Shown in pieces: positions 56,962-64,000 of a stretch of DNA of 64,000 nucleotides. This DNA comes from a virus: positions 122,466 to 186,465 of the IMG/VR virus record IMGVR_UViG_3300042691_041718, one strand, 5' to 3'. A program made the translations under genes and the position numbers. The notes under the pieces are model-generated. The model was not told the origin of the DNA. It did not search any database and saw only the letters and a list, made by a program, of their open reading frames with translations. The stretch's first letter is position 1. The number at the start of each line of letters is the position of its first letter.

Positions 56962-57875
56962 ACGTTTTCTAATTCTTTTTTATGTTCAACTTCTAATAGT
57001 GTAGTGTCAAAGTTAAGTGCTTTTAATATTTGTTGTTTATCAAACATCACACCAGGTGGTGTAGCTAATTGAATAGGATCACCTGATATATCATAAGCTT
57101 CATATAAAGAATTTTTTAAACTAGCAGCTTGAAATTTAGAAGAGATATTTGTGTGTATTTTATACCCAAATACTTTTGGTGAATTACAACTCCAAAGTAC
57201 AACAGATGGTAGATTTAAAGAAGCTGCCGCATGTTGTAAATAAGAATCAATTAATAATCTCTTATCAGATTGAAGAAGTGCTAAAGCTAATTGTCTAATA
57301 CTTAATGATAAATATTCACAATTTTTAAGAGCAATTTGATCTTCTCTTCTTACTTGAATAACTCTATAATATTTAGATGCCTCATCAACAATATCTTGTG
57401 CTAAAACTGGTGGAATATCTCTCGCCCAAGAGTACTTATGTTGTTGATTAACAGCTCCACCAAAAGCATTGATTAAGAATATTGGTTTATCTTTATTGAT
57501 AAGTGTTTGAACAAACTCAGCTTCTAATTGTGTAAAGTAAAGTTCTGGTTGTTCTCCATCCCATTCAATACCATACATATCACACCAGATTTGAGAAAGA
57601 TGTTTTTTTCGGTAAATATAATCACTTTCTCTATAAGGATCATGTGACATAACAATAGTGTCTTTATTTTCAATATACTCTTGGTAAAAATATTGAGTTT
57701 GACCAAATTGATATGCTCTATGAACTCTTGGGTTTAATTCAAAAATATCTGGATAAGCAGTTAAAACGATTATCTTTCTATTTTTATACTTTTTTTGAAT
57801 TGCTCTAATAACAGCTGTAGCAATTACATTTTTTCCAATACCACCTTCAATATGAAGTACAACGTATTTATCCAT
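56958..57875 (-). CDS. GT-B fold (GT9/heptosyltransferase-like) glycosyltransferase
   Basis: GGIGKNVIATAVI, P.L.F, LLIDS.LQHAAASL.LPSVVLW. Confidence 0.75.
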   Translation of the reverse strand: MDKYVVLHIEGGIGKNVIATAVIRAIQKKYKNRKIIVLTAYPDIFELNPRVHRAYQFGQTQYFYQEYIENKDTIVMSHDPYRESDYIYRKKHLSQIWCDMYGIEWDGEQPELYFTQLEAEFVQTLINKDKPIFLINAFGGAVNQQHKYSWARDIPPVLAQDIVDEASKYYRVIQVRREDQIALKNCEYLSLSIRQLALALLQSDKRLLIDSYLQHAAASLNLPSVVLWSCNSPKVFGYKIHTNISSKFQAASLKNSLYEAYDISGDPIQLATPPGVMFDKQQILKALNFDTTLLEVEHKKELENV

Positions 57876-59404
57876 TATAACAAATTATTTTTTATGAAAA
57901 GAACATTATCTTGTATATGAGCTCCTGTTTCTGGATGATTTATAGATTCAATAATAGAAACTTTAGTAAATCCTATATTATTCATGTATTCGATAACTTC
58001 TTCTGACAATGGAGAACCATCATTATATTGAGAATATGAAACTTCCATAATGATTCCCTTAGCTAAATTAACCAAATCTTTACCACCTTTTAAAATATCT
58101 AATTCAGAACCTTGTGTATCAATTTTAATTAAATCAAATGATTTATTTTCAAATAATGAGTCCAATGTTTTTGTTTGTTTTTTAACTGATAAAGAATTAT
58201 TATAATACTGAGTATTTTCTTTATAGATTGAATTACCAGTTGCGTATGGATCATCAGTTCTCATCCAAAAGTCAACTTCTTTAACATCATCACTTAAAAG
58301 TACAATTGAATAATCTTCACCAAACTCTTTTATTTTACTTTCACACATTGGATTACCTTCTACTAAATGATATTTAGCTTCAGGATAAATACTTTTACAA
58401 TTTAAATAAAATTGCCCAACGTTAGCACCAATATCAAGTATAGATTGTGGTGTAAAATAATTAGAAATTTGTTTCAGTGAATTATCATTTTGTTCTTTCC
58501 AACCAATTGATTTGAAAAAGTTATTCCAATCTTTAATTCTTGTTTCCCAACTCCAGTTTTTAGAATAAACTTCTTGTTGAGTTTTTAGGTGTTCTACTAA
58601 ATCACCAGATTTCATTTTTTCAATCTCTTCTGCTAAAACTTTAGCAAAAAATTGACCGTGTTGTTCTCTATCTTCAATATAAGAGTACATTCTAGCCCAA
58701 CCTTCACAAGTTTCTGGAAGAGCACCAATTGATGATGTAACAACTCTTAAACCAGTTGCTAAAGCTTCAATAACAGCAACACAAGAAGTTTCTTCAAATG
58801 TTGACGGATAAGCTAGAATGTCAAATTCCGGTAATTCTTTTCTTAATTCATCATTCGGTATAGACCCTCTATAAACTACATTTGGCAATCTTTTACACCA
58901 ATCATAAAGAAATTCATACTGATTATCATTTTTAGAAAAATCAGTACCATAAATTTTACAAGAAGAAAAAACGTGTAATTCACAATCTTGTGGATTTAAG
59001 ATCTCCCACGCTAAAAGCAAAACATCTAATCCTCTCCAAGGTGTTGATGTATAACAAATTTTTAATTTTTCTTTTTTTGTTATTTTTTTTGGAAAAACAC
59101 CTAAGTGTGCATTTTTTAAGACATGAGTTTTTTGACCAGGAACTTTGAAAATTTTTCTAAATTGTTCTGCTTGCCAATTACTCACAAAAATAAAATTATT
59201 AATTAAATTAATATTTTGTTCATGTTGAAGAAATTGAACAGCTTCTTGGTCATAAGAAAGCTGATTCCAGTAAACCATATGTTTACTGGGATCAGCATTT
59301 GGAACATAATTAAATATGCTTATTTTATCTAATAATTCTTTGGGTACTCTTGATATCAACTCATTATACATCAATTCTGTACCACCTAATGGTTTCTCAA
59401 ACAT
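57875..59404 (-). CDS. GT4-like glycosyltransferase fused to an FkbM-family methyltransferase
   Basis: YTSTPWRGL, YPSTFEETSCVAVIEA; then ILDIGANVG...VEGNP...IKIDTQGSELDIL.G. Confidence 0.85.
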   Translation of the reverse strand: MFEKPLGGTELMYNELISRVPKELLDKISIFNYVPNADPSKHMVYWNQLSYDQEAVQFLQHEQNINLINNFIFVSNWQAEQFRKIFKVPGQKTHVLKNAHLGVFPKKITKKEKLKICYTSTPWRGLDVLLLAWEILNPQDCELHVFSSCKIYGTDFSKNDNQYEFLYDWCKRLPNVVYRGSIPNDELRKELPEFDILAYPSTFEETSCVAVIEALATGLRVVTSSIGALPETCEGWARMYSYIEDREQHGQFFAKVLAEEIEKMKSGDLVEHLKTQQEVYSKNWSWETRIKDWNNFFKSIGWKEQNDNSLKQISNYFTPQSILDIGANVGQFYLNCKSIYPEAKYHLVEGNPMCESKIKEFGEDYSIVLLSDDVKEVDFWMRTDDPYATGNSIYKENTQYYNNSLSVKKQTKTLDSLFENKSFDLIKIDTQGSELDILKGGKDLVNLAKGIIMEVSYSQYNDGSPLSEEVIEYMNNIGFTKVSIIESINHPETGAHIQDNVLFIKNNLL

Positions 59405-59437
59405 ATTACTTATATGTTGAGTAGTTTAAAATGTTTA

Positions 59438-59689
59438 TTAAACTGAAGCTGTTAATCCCAAAGTAGTTAAAACTAAGTTATTGATATAAGTATCATCAGT
59501 TCCCCAAGATGCGTAATCATCACCAGAAACTTCAACAAACTCAATACTAATTAATTTTGAACTCGCATCCAATAATTTAACAGGAAATCTAACTGATTGA
59601 CCTAATTGAATATTTCCTTCTAAAATTTCAACTTGTGAAATTGTTTGAGTAGTTACTACTTCTTTGTTTTGTACATTAATAATTGACAT
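59438..59689 (-). CDS. small tail-fibre-associated protein
   Basis: Directly downstream of the fibre; G.DYASWG.DD.YI motif. Confidence 0.6.
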   Translation of the reverse strand: MSIINVQNKEVVTTQTISQVEILEGNIQLGQSVRFPVKLLDASSKLISIEFVEVSGDDYASWGTDDTYINNLVLTTLGLTASV

Positions 59690-59715
59690 AATTTATTTTT
59701 ATTTTTTTTTATTTA

Positions 59716-62700
59716 TTAAACTGCATAATAAGGTATCTTATAGTTAGTACCATTTATATTTGTACATATGTAACCAGCAATCGCACCAGCCGAAACAGCT
59801 GTGGCTAATGGATAAAGTGATGAACCTAAAGCTAATTGACCATCTACACTTGGTTGAGCTCTCATACCAATTGCAATAGCACATGAGTAATTACCACTGA
59901 TACCAGCACACGTACCAATAAATGTATTAAACCTACCCGTTGTTTGATTTAGACCAGTACATTCACCAATAAATATGTTGTTACCACCGGTTGTATTATA
60001 GTAACCAGCCGCTCTACCCAAGAATGTGTTGTTTGCTCCAGTTGTATTACAATAACCAGCTGCATATCCAACAAATGTGTGAGCACAAGAGAATAAATTA
60101 TTTTTACCAGCTTCACCACCAACAAATGTATTAAAATTAGCATCATTACAATTACAATATCCGGCATTGTTTCCAATAAATACGTTTCCACGACCACTTG
60201 TATTATTATAACCAGAACTATTACCAATAAATGTATTACCTACACCAGTTGTGTTGGATAAACCAGAAAAAGCACCAACAAATGTGTTACCGGTTGTTGT
60301 ATTTGCTCTACCAGCAGCATATCCTACAAATGTATTATTACATCCGTCTGTATTAACACAACCAGTATTAACACCTACAAATGTATTATAATCACCAGTT
60401 TCACTAACAAAACCAGAGCAATATCCGATAAATGTATTATAAATACCACTTGTATTACCATAACCAGATGATTCACCAATAAATGTATTACCTTGACCCG
60501 AAACATTTGATGCACCCGATGCCCAACCTATATATGTGTTTGATATACCAGTTGTATTTTGCCATCCAGCATAAACACCAAAGAATGAGTTATAATTTCC
60601 AATTGTGTTATACTGTCCTGCTTGTACACCAACAATAGTATTTTCAAAACCAGTGGTATTTTCAAAACCAGCATTAGTACCTAAGAATGTATTTAATCTA
60701 CCTGATGTATTTGAATAACCAGTACCAGAACCAATGAATGTATTTAATTCACCAGTTGTATTAACTGGACCTGTACAAGATCCTACAAATGTGTTATCAG
60801 TACCACAACCACCATTATTTATCGCTGACTTACCAGAATGATATCCAATAAACGTATTATCAAGTCCATTAGCACAACATCCTGCACAAGTACCTATAAA
60901 TGTATTTCTTCGACCAGTAGTATTACAATAACCAGCATCTGCTCCAATAAAAGTATTACATTCACCAGAAACATTATAGTAACCACTCGATTTACCAACA
61001 AATGTATTTTCATGTCCAGTTGTATTACTGAAACCCGCTTGATTACCAACAAATGTATTATTTGAACCAGTTACGTTAGTAGAACCACTAAGATTACCAA
61101 TGAATGTATTATTTGAACCTGATGTGTTGGAAGATCCGGAGCAAAATCCAACGAATGTATTGGTACTAGTTTTGTTATTATAACCAGAGCAAACACCAAT
61201 AAATGTATTTTGAGACGATTGGGTTCCACTGAAACCGGATAATTTTCCAATATATACATTACTAAAACCAATATTATTATCATAACCAGAGCAATTACCT
61301 ATAAATATATTATCAGAACCAGATGTAAAATACCCAGCTCTAACACCCATTGATATCGTATTTGACGCACCATTACTAGAAAAACCGGATAATGTACCAA
61401 TATAGATATTTTCGCTAGTTGTTGTATTACTATAACCAGCACCTTGACCAATATAAGTATTACAAATTCCGACCGTATTAGAAACTCCAGCGTTAACGCC
61501 AATAAATGTATTTCTTTCACCTGCTGTGTTACTACCACCAGTACAGTGTCCTATAAATACATTAGCAATCCCGGTTAAATTACACATACCTGATTGATAT
61601 CCAATGAAAGTGTTGAAAGATCCTGTTGTGTTTTCACTCCCAGATTTATAACCGATAAATGAATTAGAAGATCCAATTGTATTTTTATTACCCGATAGAT
61701 ATCCAATAAATGTATTACTGTTTATAATATTGGAATATCCTGAACAAAAACCTATAAATGTATTAAATGATGATTGTGTTCCCGAATAACCAGATCTAAA
61801 TCCCAAATATGTATTATCACAGGAATAAAAACTTAAAAAACCAGATTGATGACCAAATATCACGTTGCATTTTTGTGAATTTGTTGCATTCTGTGAATTA
61901 GGATTTGGGTTAAAAGATCCACCGGTTTGATATCCTACAAATGTATTTAGACATGAATACTTATTACCACCCCCACTATAAGCACCTATAAATAAATTTG
62001 TTGATGATACACCAGTACAAGCACCTGAACAAAATCCAATCATGACACTTGAAAATCCATATGAATCTGAGTATCCAGCAAAAGATCCAATATATGTATT
62101 TTGACCAATACCATATGATATAGATCCACCAGACGCTGCACCTAGTGATGTGTTGTAAGAACTAGTGGCGTTTATTAACCCCCCACCTCCACCAGAAATA
62201 TATCCAACTAAAGTATTGAATTGACCTTGTAATTCAGCACCAGTAAAAGCACCAATATAAGTGTTAGCTATTTGTACTGTGTTGCAATTAGCTGAGTAAT
62301 TACCTATAAATGTGTTATAACTACCAGTTGTGTTACTACAACCAGAATTACTACCAATGAATAAGTTATTATCACCAAAGGTATTACTACAACCTGACTT
62401 AGTACCAATAAATATATTTTCAAAACCGGTTATATTATTAGAACCAGATAGAGATCCGATGAATATATTACTAAATCCGGTTGTGTTACCACAACCAGAT
62501 TGATGTCCTATAAATGTATTATCCAATCCGGTTGTGTTTATTGGACTACTATTGTTTATAAGAATTGAACCCCTAGTCGAATCCATCAATCCAAATTGAC
62601 CCAATCCACCTAAACCATTATTAATCTGTATTTGATTTTGAACACCGGCTACTAATAAGGAGGTTCCTGAAGTACCAGAAGTACCTTTAACTCCAGATGT

Positions 62701-63351
62701 TCCGGATGTTCCTTGGCTACCAGATGTACCGGAAAATTGTATAGATATAGAACATAAGTATGATGAGTTTAAATTCCAATTACCGGATATAACACTAACA
62801 CCAAAATCCCAATAAGATCCAACATCAGTTTTTGATGTTACATATAATATCCCAAAGTTTGTTGTTGAGTTATCATTACCTCTTATAATTATATAATCGC
62901 CTACACCTATACCAAATAAATAAGATGTTTGTATAACAGATAAATTATCAATCTCATTTATATAAATATTAGTAACATTTGAGAATGATGATGTTCTTAT
63001 TAGTTTAAAATTACTAACACCTGGATCAGCCATTGTACCAGATGAAATAAAGTTATAAAGAAGACCGGAAGAAGGCCCTTGTGATCCGGATGTACCGGAT
63101 GTACCACGAGTACCGGATGTACCTTGAATACCGGATGTACCGGATGTACCACGAGTACCGGATGTACCTTGAATACCGGATGTACCGGATGTACCACGAG
63201 TACCGGATGTACCGGATGTACCCGTACCTGATATATCAGTTCTATATTTTAGAACACCATCAGCACCATATATTAATATTCGGTTATCTGTTGCTGTTTC
63301 GGAAGCTGTACCAAGCGCTAGACCTTTTCTAGCAAAGAATTCATTACCCAT
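59716..63351 (-). CDS. tail fibre protein: GTSG collagen-like stalk + ~60 NTFIG..SG..NT.G 14-aa beta-helix repeats
   Basis: Repeat structure is directly visible; C-terminal INGTNYKIPYY cap. Confidence 0.8.
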   Translation of the reverse strand: MGNEFFARKGLALGTASETATDNRILIYGADGVLKYRTDISGTGTSGTSGTRGTSGTSGIQGTSGTRGTSGTSGIQGTSGTRGTSGTSGSQGPSSGLLYNFISSGTMADPGVSNFKLIRTSSFSNVTNIYINEIDNLSVIQTSYLFGIGVGDYIIIRGNDNSTTNFGILYVTSKTDVGSYWDFGVSVISGNWNLNSSYLCSISIQFSGTSGSQGTSGTSGVKGTSGTSGTSLLVAGVQNQIQINNGLGGLGQFGLMDSTRGSILINNSSPINTTGLDNTFIGHQSGCGNTTGFSNIFIGSLSGSNNITGFENIFIGTKSGCSNTFGDNNLFIGSNSGCSNTTGSYNTFIGNYSANCNTVQIANTYIGAFTGAELQGQFNTLVGYISGGGGGLINATSSYNTSLGAASGGSISYGIGQNTYIGSFAGYSDSYGFSSVMIGFCSGACTGVSSTNLFIGAYSGGGNKYSCLNTFVGYQTGGSFNPNPNSQNATNSQKCNVIFGHQSGFLSFYSCDNTYLGFRSGYSGTQSSFNTFIGFCSGYSNIINSNTFIGYLSGNKNTIGSSNSFIGYKSGSENTTGSFNTFIGYQSGMCNLTGIANVFIGHCTGGSNTAGERNTFIGVNAGVSNTVGICNTYIGQGAGYSNTTTSENIYIGTLSGFSSNGASNTISMGVRAGYFTSGSDNIFIGNCSGYDNNIGFSNVYIGKLSGFSGTQSSQNTFIGVCSGYNNKTSTNTFVGFCSGSSNTSGSNNTFIGNLSGSTNVTGSNNTFVGNQAGFSNTTGHENTFVGKSSGYYNVSGECNTFIGADAGYCNTTGRRNTFIGTCAGCCANGLDNTFIGYHSGKSAINNGGCGTDNTFVGSCTGPVNTTGELNTFIGSGTGYSNTSGRLNTFLGTNAGFENTTGFENTIVGVQAGQYNTIGNYNSFFGVYAGWQNTTGISNTYIGWASGASNVSGQGNTFIGESSGYGNTSGIYNTFIGYCSGFVSETGDYNTFVGVNTGCVNTDGCNNTFVGYAAGRANTTTGNTFVGAFSGLSNTTGVGNTFIGNSSGYNNTSGRGNVFIGNNAGYCNCNDANFNTFVGGEAGKNNLFSCAHTFVGYAAGYCNTTGANNTFLGRAAGYYNTTGGNNIFIGECTGLNQTTGRFNTFIGTCAGISGNYSCAIAIGMRAQPSVDGQLALGSSLYPLATAVSAGAIAGYICTNINGTNYKIPYYAV
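63086..63220. repeat. 45-bp tandem repeat x3 encoding GTSG collagen-like units
   Basis: CCGGATGTACCGGATGTACCACGAGTACCGGATGTACCTTGAATA: two exact copies plus a third diverging at its end. Confidence 0.9.
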
Positions 63352-63432
63352 TTACAATAACTCAATTTTTTCACTTTCCAAAATAAGTTAAAGTATATAT
63401 TAAATTCATAAACTTCTTTTATTCCAAAATGT

Positions 63433-64000
63433 TTAAATTGCTCTAATTATTGTTCTAATTTCCCAATTTGTCAATGATGAAATTCCTTGTAAAACTGCAT
63501 TTGGTGTTGATAATACAGCTGAGAATGTAAAAGCATTTACACCAGTTGTGGTATTACCTATATCCATAGTTGATGTTTCGGTGAATTGAATACTACTTCC
63601 TGTCCAAACCGCTACTATATTACCCGCTCTTAAATTAGTTCCATTTTTAATATAATATTCATAAAACATACTAGTATATGATGCTGTTGCGACAGAAAAG
63701 ATATTTGTAGTACCAACTCCTATAACAGTTCCTTTAGTAGCATATAAAGATGGTGTTAGACCTATTATAATTGTATCATTACCAGCTTGGAAAAAATTAC
63801 CACTTGCATTACCAACCGTGAATGTAGTTCCGTCATATTTTAAATACTGTTCTACTGTAGCATTTGGTTGAGTACCATTTAATGTAATAATACCATTATC
63901 GGTAGATCCAGTCAATAATAATAAACCACTTGTACCAGCAGATCCACCACCACTTGTACCGGATGTTCCACGTGTACCAGCAGATCCACCACCACTTGTA
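63433..64000 (-). CDS. tail fibre/virion protein, 5'-truncated by window edge
   Basis: The frame stays open past the track's TTG start to the window end (TSGGGSAGTRGTSGTSGGGSAGTSGLLLLTGSTDNG). Confidence 0.75.
   Translation of the reverse strand, partial: TSGGGSAGTRGTSGTSGGGSAGTSGLLLLTGSTDNGIITLNGTQPNATVEQYLKYDGTTFTVGNASGNFFQAGNDTIIIGLTPSLYATKGTVIGVGTTNIFSVATASYTSMFYEYYIKNGTNLRAGNIVAVWTGSSIQFTETSTMDIGNTTTGVNAFTFSAVLSTPNAVLQGISSLTNWEIRTIIRAI

Noticed and set aside
63000-63332. MVHPVHP and MYRMYHEY repeat ORFs
   Set aside because: Alternative-frame readings of the GTSG 45-bp repeat.
1-64000. Stop-codon reassignment (alternative genetic code)
   Set aside because: Long genes are intact under code 11, and TAG/TGA end genes at operon-consistent positions.
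1-64000. tRNA, tmRNA or rRNA genes
   Set aside because: No GC-rich cloverleaf (TTCGA T-loop with CCA end) found by eye in any intergenic gap; tRNAscan/ARAGORN would confirm.

Overview
Very AT-rich, densely coding window with no rRNA, tRNA, CRISPR array or host core operon visible. It is best read as part of a jumbo/mega tailed-phage genome (standard genetic code 11) infecting a Bacteroidota host, based on TAnnTTTG host-type promoters, a DUF2452-like gene and a Bacteroidota-like ACP/cytochrome c signature. Left arm (3-21 kb): an array of six paralogous lectin-like fibre/adhesin genes that share an N-terminal MTQxxVGWR tag, with small partner genes, a coiled-coil repeat fibre and a DUF2827-like glycosyltransferase. 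Middle (21-33 kb and 42-56 kb): Dam methylase, c-type cytochrome, M16 peptidase, primase, CoaE-like kinase, four-domain ribosomal S1-like protein, NAD-dependent DNA ligase, ECF sigma factor, nucleotidyltransferase, thioredoxin, SmpB, YqeY, and six free-standing homing endonucleases of four families. A block of large unknown, probably structural genes lies at 33-42 kb. Right end: three glycosyltransferase genes directly downstream of GTSG/NTFIG-repeat tail-fibre genes. Most notable hand-found patterns: (1) a (T/A)AATATATA motif exactly 4 nt before many ATGs, suggesting near-leaderless late mRNAs; (2) perfect hairpins that place this motif in the loop and bury the AUG of homing-endonuclease units; (3) a second promoter class AAAC(T/A)T-N15-17-TATAA that also precedes the phage ECF sigma; (4) an RDx(K/R)(L/I)xx(L/I) peptide shared by eight unrelated proteins; (5) an ACP-like protein lacking the pantetheinylated serine. 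All family names come from motif recognition by eye; no database search was run.
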